This document shows positions 36,312-46,026 of a stretch of 64,000 nucleotides of DNA, one piece after another. The notes below the pieces were generated by a model. That model was given only the letters and a program-made list of their open reading frames with translations, was not told the origin of the DNA and ran no database searches. Every line of letters begins with the position of its first letter. Positions within the stretch are counted from its first letter, which is position 1. Source of the DNA: Pacificimonas sp. (GTDB lineage Bacteria > Pseudomonadota > Alphaproteobacteria > Sphingomonadales > Sphingomonadaceae); the NCBI GenBank assembly GCA_036351775.1, contig JAZBPX010000064.1, forward strand, positions 247,241-311,240, in the 5' to 3' direction. The position numbers and the translations under genes are program-made.

Positions 36312-37505
36312 TCATGGGATCAGGCCCCGCGCCGCCAGGATTTCCGCCTCGCTGAAGGGCTTCGGCTCGTCGCCCGCCTCGCTCGGTACGCCGGTCAAGA
36401 CGTAGGCCACGGCCTCGCCTGCCGCTGCGTCCATCCAGAGGCCGGAGCGGACATGGTAGGCGTCCCCGGCATGGCCGAAACGCACCCGGCCATCGCCGAA
36501 CAGGTCGTTGCCGCACGCGCCGCCGATCTGCTCGACGCCGAGGCCGAAGCAGCGGATGATCGGGTCGCCCGTGGGTTCGGCGGCGAAGAGGAGCAGCCAG
36601 CTTTCGTCGGACAAAAACTCGCTGTCCGGGTCGAGGACTTCCCCGCCGATTCGAGCAAGATCGACCGCGCTCGCCCGCACGCCGCCCTGCGGCGAGAACA
36701 GGGAGCCGTTGGCGCCGGGCCGATAGCCGGACAGGTCGCAGGGTGGCCCCGATTGGCGGTAGACCTGACAAGTGGCCATCCGCTCGGTGAAATCGTCGCG
36801 AAGGCGGGTGCCGTCCGGCGCGCGCAGCTCGACGCCGCGCGCTCTCGTATCGGGGCGGCAGCCGCCCCAATTGAAGCAGATGTCGAGGCCGAGCGGTGTC
36901 ATCACTTCGCGCTGCATGACGGTATCGAAGCGCTCGTTCGTGGCGGCCTCCACGGTGCTGGCGATGACCGCGAAACCGAGATTCGAATATTCGAAGCGTT
37001 CACCGGGCGCCGCGCCGTTCCAGCTCTCCGCGCCCAGGAACGTCGCGAGGTCGGTACCGAGCGGGACGACATAGCCGTTCGCATCGGTCAGCCCGCTGCG
37101 GTGGGACAGCAGGTGGCGCAGCGTGACCGGCTGGCCGGAGGGCGACTGCACGTCCCAGTCGAGCCAGGCGTTCACGTCGCGGTCCAGGTCGAGCGTGCCC
37201 GCCTCCACCAGTCGCAGGACGCCGAGCAGCACGATATATTTGGAGATGGAGGCGATCCGCGCCGGATCCTGCGCCGCGAGCGGACGTCCTGGCTCCGCCA
37301 GCCCCACGGCAGTCGAGGACTTGACGCGCATCGGCACCCCCACCGCGCGCTGATAGGTGCGGAACAGCGGCTGGGTTGCCGCCTCGGGAGCCGTTGCGGG
37401 CTCTGCCTGAACGACGGACCGCTCGATATCGGCGGCGGGCGGCATACAGCCGGCGAGGGCAGCGCCCGCCAGCGCCGCGCCCAGCCCGGCCGCCCGAAGC
37501 CGCAC
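36312..37505 (-). CDS. serine hydrolase, beta-lactamase/PBP4*-like (class C fold)
   Basis: SxxK (IASISKY) and YxN (FEYSNLGF). Lipoprotein or signal-like N-terminus with a GTG start. Confidence 0.8.
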   Translation of the reverse strand: MRLRAAGLGAALAGAALAGCMPPAADIERSVVQAEPATAPEAATQPLFRTYQRAVGVPMRVKSSTAVGLAEPGRPLAAQDPARIASISKYIVLLGVLRLVEAGTLDLDRDVNAWLDWDVQSPSGQPVTLRHLLSHRSGLTDANGYVVPLGTDLATFLGAESWNGAAPGERFEYSNLGFAVIASTVEAATNERFDTVMQREVMTPLGLDICFNWGGCRPDTRARGVELRAPDGTRLRDDFTERMATCQVYRQSGPPCDLSGYRPGANGSLFSPQGGVRASAVDLARIGGEVLDPDSEFLSDESWLLLFAAEPTGDPIIRCFGLGVEQIGGACGNDLFGDGRVRFGHAGDAYHVRSGLWMDAAAGEAVAYVLTGVPSEAGDEPKPFSEAEILAARGLIP

Positions 37506-37510
37506 GCGCC

Positions 37511-38851
37511 TTACTCCGGCTGCAGCAGCTCCAGCGCCGCCGCCGTCATCGCCGCGGCGCCCGTCACCACGGCCGCCTCGCCGTCTACCTTGAACAGCGG
37601 CGAGTGATGGGACGGGACGGGCGGGCCGCCCTCGCGCGCGGCCGTCAGCGCGGTCAGCGGCGTGCCGCCGACGCCGAAGTAGACGCCCGGCACATCGGTG
37701 TTCGGGGCGACGAAATAGGCGAAGTCTTCCGCGCCCATGCCCTGGCGGGGGATTGTTACGATGCTGTCTTCGCCAAAGGCCTCGACAAAGGCGGCGCGCA
37801 CGCGGCTCGCCATTGCGCGGTCATTCACCGTGACAGGGGTCGATGCGGAGCCGACCCGGACAACGGGCAGGTTATCTTCTGGCAGGCCCATGGCGCGGCC
37901 GACATTGAGAGCAATGCGTTCGATGCCGGCCAGCAGGGTTTCGCGCACCGCATTGCTGTCGGAGCGGACGGTCAGCAGCAGCTTCGCCTCATCGGAAATG
38001 ACGTTGTGCCTAAAGCCGGACTGGAAGCTGCCCACTGTGACGACGCCGGGCTGCAGCGGGTCGATCTCCCGCGCCACAAGGGCCTGCAGCGCGACGACGA
38101 TATGGCTGGCGATCAGGACCGGGTCGCGGCCGGTGTGCGGCGCCGCCCCGTGCGCGCCAATGCCGGGCACGGTGATGTCGATGCTGTCCGAACTGGAATA
38201 GGCGATGCCCGGCGCAATCACGACATGCCCGGCGGGGAGGAAGGAGGAGACGTGCCAGGCCAGCGCGACATCAGGCTTCGGGAAGCGTTCGTAAAGGCCG
38301 TCCTCCATCATCGCCTTCGCGCCGCCGATGCGCTCCTCGGCGGGCTGGACGATCAGGACGGCGGTGCCGGACCACTCGTCCTTGCGCGCGGCGAGTGCGT
38401 GCGCCGTCGCGACGAGGCCGGTGATGTGCGTGTCATGTCCGCAGGCGTGCATGACGGGCTTCACGATGCCGTCAATGTCTTCCTGCGTGGCAGTGGAGGC
38501 GTAGGGCAGGCCGCTGTCCTCCTTCACCGGCAAACCGTCCATGTCGGCGCGGAGGAGCACGGTCGGCCCCTCCCCGTTCCGCATGACCGCAACGACGCCC
38601 GTGCCGCCGACGCCCTCCGTCACCTCGGCGCCGGTAGCCCGCAGCTCCTCGGCCATGCGTTTCGCGGTCTCGAACTCGCGAAAGCTCAGTTCCGGGTTCC
38701 GGTGGAAATGGATGAACAGCTCCTCGAGGCCATTGTCCCAGCGGCTCTGCATCTCGGTTTCCAGCGCGCTCTGTGCCATCGCCGGTGCCGCCATCATGGC
38801 CAGCGCCGATGTTGTCGCCGCCAGAGCCATCGTCCTCAAAACACTTTTCAT
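37511..38851 (-). CDS. M20D-family amidohydrolase (hippurate hydrolase/aminoacylase-like), secreted
   Basis: MHACGHDTH metal-binding motif and FHRNPELSF N-terminal motif. Signal peptide from the internal ATG 38851. Confidence 0.85.
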   Translation of the reverse strand: MKSVLRTMALAATTSALAMMAAPAMAQSALETEMQSRWDNGLEELFIHFHRNPELSFREFETAKRMAEELRATGAEVTEGVGGTGVVAVMRNGEGPTVLLRADMDGLPVKEDSGLPYASTATQEDIDGIVKPVMHACGHDTHITGLVATAHALAARKDEWSGTAVLIVQPAEERIGGAKAMMEDGLYERFPKPDVALAWHVSSFLPAGHVVIAPGIAYSSSDSIDITVPGIGAHGAAPHTGRDPVLIASHIVVALQALVAREIDPLQPGVVTVGSFQSGFRHNVISDEAKLLLTVRSDSNAVRETLLAGIERIALNVGRAMGLPEDNLPVVRVGSASTPVTVNDRAMASRVRAAFVEAFGEDSIVTIPRQGMGAEDFAYFVAPNTDVPGVYFGVGGTPLTALTAAREGGPPVPSHHSPLFKVDGEAAVVTGAAAMTAAALELLQPE

Positions 38852-39139
38852 TTTATCGTCACTCCCCCTGCCGGACACCCGGCCCATTCCCATTCCGTAC
38901 GAGCTAGCGCCTGCGACGGGCGGCTGTCCAGCATACAGTCAATCCTGATCGCATCGAGTGATAGGCGTTTTGAATGACGGGAGCGCGATGCTTACTATGG
39001 CGCCTATGACTAATTACCCGGCTCAGTAAGCGCACAGCGACCGCAGCCAAGCTTGGAAACTGTTCCCGGCCGCTCGTCTCTGGCGCCAGTTTTCAGCATC
39101 GGTTCGGCCGATGTCGGGATAACAAGAAGGGAAAGAATC

Positions 39140-39664
39140 ATGACCATCAAGACACTCCTCGCCGCCGCCGCCATCGCCGCCGTTCCCGCCGCTGCGCAGG
39201 CACAGAACATCACCACCGAAGAGGTCGAGGCCATCCAGAAGGTCTGGGGCGAAGGTATCGTCGACATCAGCCGCGTTCACGCCCAGGGCGGCGACTATGA
39301 GGCGCGCGCCCGCGCCCACCTGAACGATCTTTACGCCTATGATATGGGTACGGTCCTGTTCAAGCCGACCCTGGCCACCGAGGACCAGTTCCGCGGCACC
39401 TATGACGAGGCGCTCAGCTATTTCGTGAAGGGCATGCGCGCCGAGGATACCGGTTTCGCCATCAGCGGCTGGACCGATGTGCGCTGGGAAAACGAAGGCG
39501 TGATCACCGACGACGACAACGCCATGGCCATGGGCAACTACTATTTCACAGGCCCGGACGGCAACGAGACGAAGGTCGAGTACACCTTCGGCTATGTCCG
39601 TGACGAAGACGGCGACCTGAAGATCAACGTTCACCACAGCTCGGTGCCCTACTCGCCCTCCTGA
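39140..39664 (+). CDS. secreted protein of unknown function (possibly NTF2/SnoaL-like fold)
   Basis: Internal ATG 39140 preceded by AAGGGAAAG. Signal peptide MTIKTLLAAAAIAAVPAAAQA. No catalytic motif recognised. Confidence 0.6.
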   Translation: MTIKTLLAAAAIAAVPAAAQAQNITTEEVEAIQKVWGEGIVDISRVHAQGGDYEARARAHLNDLYAYDMGTVLFKPTLATEDQFRGTYDEALSYFVKGMRAEDTGFAISGWTDVRWENEGVITDDDNAMAMGNYYFTGPDGNETKVEYTFGYVRDEDGDLKINVHHSSVPYSPS

Positions 39665-39692
39665 GGCGCGGAACCCAGACTTGAAAATCGGA

Positions 39693-39732
39693 GGAGGTCG
39701 GCGGTCATTCGTCGGCCTCCCCTTTTCATTTC
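39693..39732 (+). terminator. rho-independent terminator candidate
   Basis: GGAGGTCGGC...GTCGGCCTCC hairpin (with G-U pairs) followed by CCTTTTCATTTC, 29 nt after the stop at 39664. Confidence 0.5.
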
Positions 39733-39771
39733 AGCGCTTTCCGTACTGGGCAGCGGCGGTGTCCTGCCCGC

Positions 39772-40242
39772 TCAGCAGTCGCCGATGCGCGTGCCGGTCG
39801 ATTCCGCGTGGATGGTCATGGAACCCATCGGCCCGTCCGCCATCGTGATCTTCGACCGGGTGGTGTAGGTCGTATCAGTATAGCGGCCGGTCATGTCCAT
39901 GCGGCCCGTGCCGCCCTGCGGAAAGTTGCAGACCGCGACGGCATCCAGCGTGCCGCCCGACATGTCGAAGCGCTCATATTCGCAGGCGCTCTCGCTCGAT
40001 TTGACCAGCATTTCCGGCGCATTCTCGATATCCTCCGCGGTCACGCACTGCTGGTGATCCTGGCCCGGCTGGCTCATGATCTGGTTCTTGATCATGTCCA
40101 ACATGGCCGCGGGGATCGCATCGGACGAGAAAGCGACGTCGGTCGTCTTCCCCTTCACCTCCCACAGGCCCGGATTGGGCGTCGCGAAGGCAGCTTCGGG
40201 CAGCGCGGCCAGTGCGGCACCCAGAAACAGTTTGCGGTTCAT
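39772..40242 (-). CDS. secreted protein, DUF3617-like (tentative)
   Basis: The internal ATG 40242 gives MNRKLFLGAALAALPEAAFA followed by the PGLWEV motif. Four Cys residues. Confidence 0.55.
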   Translation of the reverse strand: MNRKLFLGAALAALPEAAFATPNPGLWEVKGKTTDVAFSSDAIPAAMLDMIKNQIMSQPGQDHQQCVTAEDIENAPEMLVKSSESACEYERFDMSGGTLDAVAVCNFPQGGTGRMDMTGRYTDTTYTTRSKITMADGPMGSMTIHAESTGTRIGDC

Positions 40243-40407
40243 CGGTAATCCCTTCCCTCTTGATCCGGCCGCGACCTTTGCCGCCAGTTTCCGCAAAGTC
40301 CAGACACGCGCAGGCAAGGGAGCGAAAACGGGAACCGCGCTATTTTGCGGGAAACTTCGCCGGGCCTTCGACGTTCTAGTGACTGTCTTCGAAGAGGAAT
40401 TCCGCCC

Positions 40408-40662
40408 ATGTCCTTCGTCCAGCTCGATCCGCCCGTGCCCCTGCATGTCATCGACCGCGGCGACGGCATCGCCTTTGCCGTCATTGATTACGGGCCAGAA
40501 TATAACCTGATCTGGGTGACGGCCATCGACGGCACGGGCGAGATCTGGTGCGCGCCGAACCCGCAGGTCCGCATGCAGGAAAACTGGACCCTGGGGCGCG
40601 GCAAGTCCGCGCCGGCGCGCGCGCCGGAGGAACCCTCGGCTAAAGCGAACGGCGCCGACTAA
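40408..40662 (+). CDS. small hypothetical protein
   Basis: 84 aa from the internal ATG 40408 (MSFVQLDPPVPLHVIDRGDGIAFAVIDYGPEYNLIWV...). Coding-like codon bias; no motif recognised. Confidence 0.45.
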   Translation: MSFVQLDPPVPLHVIDRGDGIAFAVIDYGPEYNLIWVTAIDGTGEIWCAPNPQVRMQENWTLGRGKSAPARAPEEPSAKANGAD

Positions 40663-40732
40663 CGACTTATTCTCTTAAGGGGAGGCACCCGATCTTCTGG
40701 ACGCAGACCCCGCCCGCGCCCATATCCCCCGC

Positions 40733-42940
40733 ATGGCAGAAATCGCGATCCGTACGAGCGTCTCCGACCCGGAGAACGCCGATGTCTTCAAGCCCCATCG
40801 CCCCGACCGCCCGGAGAAGTCTGAGGGCGGCAAGGCGTTCGAACTCGTTTCAGACTATGAACCGGCGGGCGACCAGCCGCAGGCGATCAGGGAACTGGTC
40901 GAGGGGATCGGCGAGGAGGAGGAGCAGAGCCAGGTGCTGCTGGGCGTCACAGGCTCCGGCAAGACCTTCACCATGGCGCAGATCGTGCAGGAATTGCAGC
41001 GCCCAACGCTGGTCCTTGCCCACAACAAGATCCTCGCCGCACAGCTTTATGGCGAGTTCAAGCAGTTCTTTCCGAATAACGCGGTCGAATATTTCGTCAG
41101 CTATTACGACTATTACCAGCCGGAGGCCTATGTCCCGCGCTCCGACACCTATATCGAGAAGGAATCCTCGATCAACGAGGCCATCGACCGGATGCGCCAC
41201 TCCGCCACCCGCTCGCTTTTGGAGCGAGACGACGTCCTGATCGTCGCATCGGTGTCGTGCCTCTACGGCATCGGGTCGGTCGAGACCTATTCGGCCATGA
41301 CGTTCAAGCTGAAGAAGGGCGAGAGCGTCGACAGCCGGGAGGTGATCCGCAAGCTCGTCGCGCTTCAGTACAAGCGCAACGATATGAACTTCGTGCGAGG
41401 ATCGTTCCGGGTGCGCGGCGACACGCTGGAACTCTACCCCTCCCACCTCGAGGACATGGCGTGGCGCATCAGCCTGTTCGGTGACGAGATCGAGGAAATC
41501 GCCGAGTTCGACCCGCTGACCGGCGAAACCGGCGCGAAGCTGAATGCGGTGAAGATCTACGCCAATTCGCACTATGTGACGCCCGGTCCGACGATGAAGC
41601 AGGCGACCAAGGCCATCAAGCATGAGCTGGCCGAGCGGCTGAAGGAGTTCGAGGCGGAGGGGAAGCTGCTGGAGGCGCAGCGCCTGCAGCAGCGCACCGA
41701 GTTCGACCTCGAAATGATCGCCGCCACCGGCAGCTGCGCGGGCATCGAGAATTACAGCCGCTTCCTGACCGGCCGCCTGCCCGGCGAACCGCCGCCCACG
41801 CTGTTCGAATATCTACCCGAAAACGCGCTGCTCTTCATCGACGAAAGCCATCAGACCGTGCCGCAGATCGGCGCCATGAGCCGGGGCGATTTCCGCCGCA
41901 AGCTGACGCTGGCCGAATATGGTTTCCGGCTGCCGTCCTGCATCGACAACCGCCCGCTGAAGTTCGAGGAATGGGACGCGATGCGGCCGCAGACGACCTT
42001 CGTCTCCGCAACGCCCGGCAAGTGGGAGCTGGAACAGACGGGCGGCGTCTTTACCGAGCAGGTCATCCGGCCAACCGGGCTGATCGATCCCCCAGTCGAA
42101 ATTCGCCCGGTGGAAAGCCAGGTCGACGATCTGATCGGGGAGCTGCGCGATACGGCGGCCAAGGGCTATCGCAGCCTCGTCACGACGCTGACGAAGCGCA
42201 TGGCCGAGGACCTGACCGAGTTCCTGCACGAGGCGGGGATCAAGGTGCGCTACATGCACTCCGACGTCGAAACGCTGGAACGAATCGAGCTGGTGCGCGA
42301 CCTGCGTCTCGGCGTTTACGATGTGCTCGTTGGCATCAACCTCCTTCGCGAGGGGCTGGACATTCCAGAGACGGGGCTTGTCGCCATATTGGACGCGGAC
42401 AAGGAGGGGTTCCTGCGCTCCGAAACCTCGCTGATCCAGACCATCGGCCGCGCCGCGCGGAACGTCGATGGGCGCGTCATCCTCTATGCCGACACCATCA
42501 CCGGCTCCATCGAGCGCGCGCTGACCGAAACCGATCGCCGCCGCGCCAAGCAGGTCGCCTATAACGAGGAGCACGGCATCACGCCGACGACCATCGCCAA
42601 GCGGGTCGGCGACATCATCGCGATGGCCGATCCGAAGGGCGACCGTAGTGGCAAGGCCAAGGGCATGCCGGGCGAGCGAAAGGACGCCGCCCCGGGCGCC
42701 GGTCACAACCTGCAGGCCTATATCAAGGAGCTGGAGGAGAAGATGAAAACCGCCGCCGCGGACCTCGAATTCGAAACCGCCGCCCGCATCCGCGACGAAA
42801 TCCGCCAGCTCGAGGCCGACGACCTCGGCCTGCCCGCCGACCAGCAGGTCGCAAGACCCGTGGGCCGCTCACAGGAAGGCCGACCGGGGACGCGGAAGGA
42901 CCGGTTCGGGCGGACGGGCAAGCGGAAGATGGGGATTTAG
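40733..42940 (+). CDS. uvrB: excinuclease ABC subunit B
   Basis: Walker [13 protein letters not shown], helicase motifs ([13 protein letters not shown]) and the C-terminal UVR domain ([17 protein letters not shown]). Confidence 0.97.
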   Translation: MAEIAIRTSVSDPENADVFKPHRPDRPEKSEGGKAFELVSDYEPAGDQPQAIRELVEGIGEEEEQSQVLLGVTGSGKTFTMAQIVQELQRPTLVLAHNKILAAQLYGEFKQFFPNNAVEYFVSYYDYYQPEAYVPRSDTYIEKESSINEAIDRMRHSATRSLLERDDVLIVASVSCLYGIGSVETYSAMTFKLKKGESVDSREVIRKLVALQYKRNDMNFVRGSFRVRGDTLELYPSHLEDMAWRISLFGDEIEEIAEFDPLTGETGAKLNAVKIYANSHYVTPGPTMKQATKAIKHELAERLKEFEAEGKLLEAQRLQQRTEFDLEMIAATGSCAGIENYSRFLTGRLPGEPPPTLFEYLPENALLFIDESHQTVPQIGAMSRGDFRRKLTLAEYGFRLPSCIDNRPLKFEEWDAMRPQTTFVSATPGKWELEQTGGVFTEQVIRPTGLIDPPVEIRPVESQVDDLIGELRDTAAKGYRSLVTTLTKRMAEDLTEFLHEAGIKVRYMHSDVETLERIELVRDLRLGVYDVLVGINLLREGLDIPETGLVAILDADKEGFLRSETSLIQTIGRAARNVDGRVILYADTITGSIERALTETDRRRAKQVAYNEEHGITPTTIAKRVGDIIAMADPKGDRSGKAKGMPGERKDAAPGAGHNLQAYIKELEEKMKTAAADLEFETAARIRDEIRQLEADDLGLPADQQVARPVGRSQEGRPGTRKDRFGRTGKRKMGI

Positions 42941-42954
42941 GGTCCGAACCCTAG
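42938..42954. repeat. second copy of the CTAG palindrome (tagggtccgaaccctag)
   Basis: Identical 17-mer to 8969-8985. Here its left TAG is the uvrB stop codon. Confidence 0.6.
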
Positions 42955-42959
42955 TCGAC

Positions 42960-43538
42960 CTATTCTGAGGCGAGCCCTGCGATCTCTGCGGCGATATGGA
43001 GGTTCGCGACGCTGAGGCCCCGTGCGATCGAGCTGCAGTTCGTCATGCCTGCCGCGGCAAGGAGGGTTCGCCGGATCGCGACCGGACGAGGGACGCTGCC
43101 CGGATTGGTAAGGATCAGGTCGAGCTCGATGTCAAAACGCGCCTCGCTGGCAAACGTCGCCGTCGAATAGGAACGGGCGAGCGTGCGAACATCCACTATG
43201 TCCAGCACTCTGGCATCCGGCGCCGGTTGCAGCGATCCGTCCCGGTCAGCTGCCCGCAAATAGGCTTTGACGGGCGCAGCGAGCAGGCTCTGAAACGTGC
43301 CGACGCTGCACGACAGGTTCAGCAGCTTGACTTCGTGGTCGAGCTGCTCCTCGCCAACAAGAACGAAGTCAGCTGGTCCCGGCGCGGGAAGCGGCGGCGG
43401 CGCGTCCATCCGGCTGTCCTGCGCCGCCGCCTCGATATCCGTCCGGCTGAGGTCGTCAGAGCCGATCAGCGGCCCGGCATCGGGTACGGTGCACGCCGCG
43501 AGCATCATGAGTGCGGCCGACGCAGGCCGCAGCCTCAT
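42960..43538 (-). CDS. lipoprotein of unknown function
   Basis: Lipobox MMLAAC. Its ATG overlaps the stop of the upstream lipoprotein gene by 4 nt. Confidence 0.55.
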   Translation of the reverse strand: MRLRPASAALMMLAACTVPDAGPLIGSDDLSRTDIEAAAQDSRMDAPPPLPAPGPADFVLVGEEQLDHEVKLLNLSCSVGTFQSLLAAPVKAYLRAADRDGSLQPAPDARVLDIVDVRTLARSYSTATFASEARFDIELDLILTNPGSVPRPVAIRRTLLAAAGMTNCSSIARGLSVANLHIAAEIAGLASE

Positions 43539-44134
43539 TCCGCTTCCGTCAGCAGCTGGTCGGCAACGTGCGCCGCGAACTCGGCCGATAGCCGCTCGCG
43601 TATGCCGGACCCGCGCATTGCAATGCCCAGAAGGCCTGCATTGTTGTTGGTGGTATCGACGTAGAACTCGGACAGCTTCTGATTGTCGGCCGCATCGTAG
43701 ACAGTAACCAGTCCGGACAGCTGGTCGCTGTCACCCGCCAACCACATCATCGCCGCGTTCGCCGTCTTCAGCGTGTCGATATCGACGGCAACACGGACCT
43801 TCTCGGCACCCGTCACGCCCTTCTCACGCAGCACATCCTCCATCACGTAACCGAACATCACCGTGAACGGCAGGGTTTCGTAATGCTCTTCGACCGGCTT
43901 TGCGGCACCGCCCTGATAGGGAGCAAGGCCTTCGTTCAACCGCGTCTGCGCAGCTTTCTCGTCAAACGCGACCATGCGTTCGGCGGCGCTTTCGGAAAGC
44001 GCAACGTCGATGTCCACCACTTCGACATTGCCGCGCTGGACGGGAGCCAGGGGCTGCACGACCTCGACCGGGTTCGCCGCGCAGGCGGTCATCATCAGGG
44101 CGAGGCCCATGACACTAAGAATTCGAAGGTTCAT
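43535..44134 (-). CDS. lipoprotein of unknown function
   Basis: The internal ATG 44134 gives MNLRILSVMGLALMMTAC (lipobox). The longer ORF upstream runs through the AT-rich intergenic DNA. Confidence 0.6.
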   Translation of the reverse strand: MNLRILSVMGLALMMTACAANPVEVVQPLAPVQRGNVEVVDIDVALSESAAERMVAFDEKAAQTRLNEGLAPYQGGAAKPVEEHYETLPFTVMFGYVMEDVLREKGVTGAEKVRVAVDIDTLKTANAAMMWLAGDSDQLSGLVTVYDAADNQKLSEFYVDTTNNNAGLLGIAMRGSGIRERLSAEFAAHVADQLLTEAE

Positions 44135-44189
44135 GAACGTTTCTATCTTCACTATGGGATGAAAGGCTGGCTCCCCTACTGAGAAATCA

Positions 44190-44218
44190 TTGCCGGTCAA
44201 GTTATTTCGTTTTATTAA
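44190..44218 (+). promoter_or_regulatory. sigma-70-like promoter candidate inside the AT-rich island
   Basis: TTGCCG (44190-44195), a 17-nt spacer, then TATTAA (44213-44218), about 115 nt upstream of the S10 peptidase ATG. Pattern match only. Confidence 0.25.
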
Positions 44219-44331
44219 CAGAGATTTATACTTAATTTGTTCACCTTGGGTTAACCAAATTAATTCGCGGGCCTGCGACCGGGTCGTCGCAGAGGTTTGA
44301 CCGGTGGGGTTGCGCACTGCAGAGAGCGCGT

Positions 44332-45840
44332 ATGAAACGAATATTTGCTGCGTTTGCGGCCATCGCTCTTGTCCTGTCACCGAGTGCGGCGCTGGCTGCA
44401 GATGACGACAAGGGGGTGACGGCACCGGCACCTGAAATCGAGCCGCAGGTTCGGACCCGCGATCTGTCCGGCGTCTTCGGCGGGCAGCGGGTGGATTACC
44501 GGGCGACCATCGCGGACACGATCCTGACCGGTGATGACGGCGCGCAGGAAGCGGTGATCGTCACCACCAGCTATGTGAAGCGGCCGCTCGATCCGTCGCG
44601 GCCCGTCTTCTTCCTGTTCAATGGCGGGCCGGGGTCGGGCTCGGTGTGGCTGCAGATGGGCGCGTTCGGGCCCAAGCGCGTGGATATTCCCGGCGATGCG
44701 CGCGACGACGGCGCGCCGCCCTATCCGCTCCTCGACAATCCGGACAGCCTGCTCGATGTGGCCGACCTCGTCTTCATCGACCCGCCCGGCACCGGTTTCA
44801 GCTATCTGACCGAGGCGGCGGACAAGGGGGATTATTACGGCGTCACGCCCGATGCGAAAGCGGTGGCGACCGTCATCCGCCGCTGGCTGAACGACAATGG
44901 CCGCTGGAACAGTCCGAAATTCCTCGGCGGCGAGAGCTATGGCACCACCCGCACCGCCGCCGTCGTCAACCAGCTGGAGGGCGGCACCTATAACGATGTC
45001 GGGCTGAACGGCCTCATCCTCATCTCGACCGTGCTCGACTTCGCGCTGGACGAGACGGTGCCCGGCAACGAGCTGCCCTATATCAGCTTCCTGCCGTCCA
45101 TGGCCGCTGCCGCGCTCTATCACGGAAAGGCAGAGGCGGCGTCGAAGGAAGCCTTCATCCAGGAGGCGCGCGACTATGCCATCGGCCCCTACGCCTCTGC
45201 GCTGCTGAAGGGACAGAACCTGCCCGCCGCCGAACGCGCCGCCGTCCGCCGCGAACTCGCCCGCTTCACCGGCCTGTCAGAGGAATTCCTGGAGCGCGCG
45301 GACCTCCGCGTCTCCACCGGCCGCTTCTACAAGGAGCTGCTGCGCGACCGCGGCCTTACCATCGGGCGGCTCGACGCGCGCTATACGGGCACGGATTTCG
45401 ACAGTGCGGGCGAATATGTCGACAACGACCCCAGCTTCTACGGCATCGACGCGGGCTATACCGCCGCCATCAACACGTGGGCGCGCCAGGCGCTGGGCTA
45501 TGAGACGGACCGCGAATATCAATCGATCGGGCGCGAGCCGGGACAGAACTGGGACTGGTCGCTAGATGACATTCGCCAGAGCCAGTTCTACTTCAACGTC
45601 GCCCCCTATATCGGCCGGGCCCTGAGGGAAAACAGCGGCCTCGCCGTCCTCAACGCGCAGGGCTATTATGATTTCGCGACGCCCTTCTTCGCGGCGGAAT
45701 ATTCGCTCAGCCGCACCGGCATCCCGCAGGACCGCATCACCTACACCTATTATGACAGCGGCCACATGATGTATGTGCGGCAGGAGGACCGGCAGGCGCT
45801 GTCCCGCGACGTCCGCGCCTTCATCCGCCGCCAGCAATAG
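44332..45840 (+). CDS. serine carboxypeptidase, S10 family, secreted
   Basis: Signal peptide MKRIFAAFAAIALVLSPSAALA. Catalytic serine motif GGESYGTTR. FLFNGGPGSGS oxyanion region. Confidence 0.85.
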   Translation: MKRIFAAFAAIALVLSPSAALAADDDKGVTAPAPEIEPQVRTRDLSGVFGGQRVDYRATIADTILTGDDGAQEAVIVTTSYVKRPLDPSRPVFFLFNGGPGSGSVWLQMGAFGPKRVDIPGDARDDGAPPYPLLDNPDSLLDVADLVFIDPPGTGFSYLTEAADKGDYYGVTPDAKAVATVIRRWLNDNGRWNSPKFLGGESYGTTRTAAVVNQLEGGTYNDVGLNGLILISTVLDFALDETVPGNELPYISFLPSMAAAALYHGKAEAASKEAFIQEARDYAIGPYASALLKGQNLPAAERAAVRRELARFTGLSEEFLERADLRVSTGRFYKELLRDRGLTIGRLDARYTGTDFDSAGEYVDNDPSFYGIDAGYTAAINTWARQALGYETDREYQSIGREPGQNWDWSLDDIRQSQFYFNVAPYIGRALRENSGLAVLNAQGYYDFATPFFAAEYSLSRTGIPQDRITYTYYDSGHMMYVRQEDRQALSRDVRAFIRRQQ

Positions 45841-46026
45841 GCGGCGGACAGGACAGACTGGGCGATCGCTATCGCCGTGAGGAAACCGACCCCGCCGAAC
45901 ATCCGTTTCCTGTCCACCTCGCCATAAATCCCCCTGTGCGCACCGTTTCGTTGCTGGCTAGCCATTCCGGCCATTGATGGACGGCGCAGCGGTATCTAAC
46001 CCTGCGGGAAGAACAGGGAGAGCAGC

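Noticed and set aside
36177-38977. 476-aa and 533-aa plus-strand ORFs (36177..37607 and 37376..38977)
   Set aside because: They are antisense to the serine hydrolase and the M20 amidohydrolase, which contain SxxK/YxN and HACGHD motifs. These are shadow ORFs.
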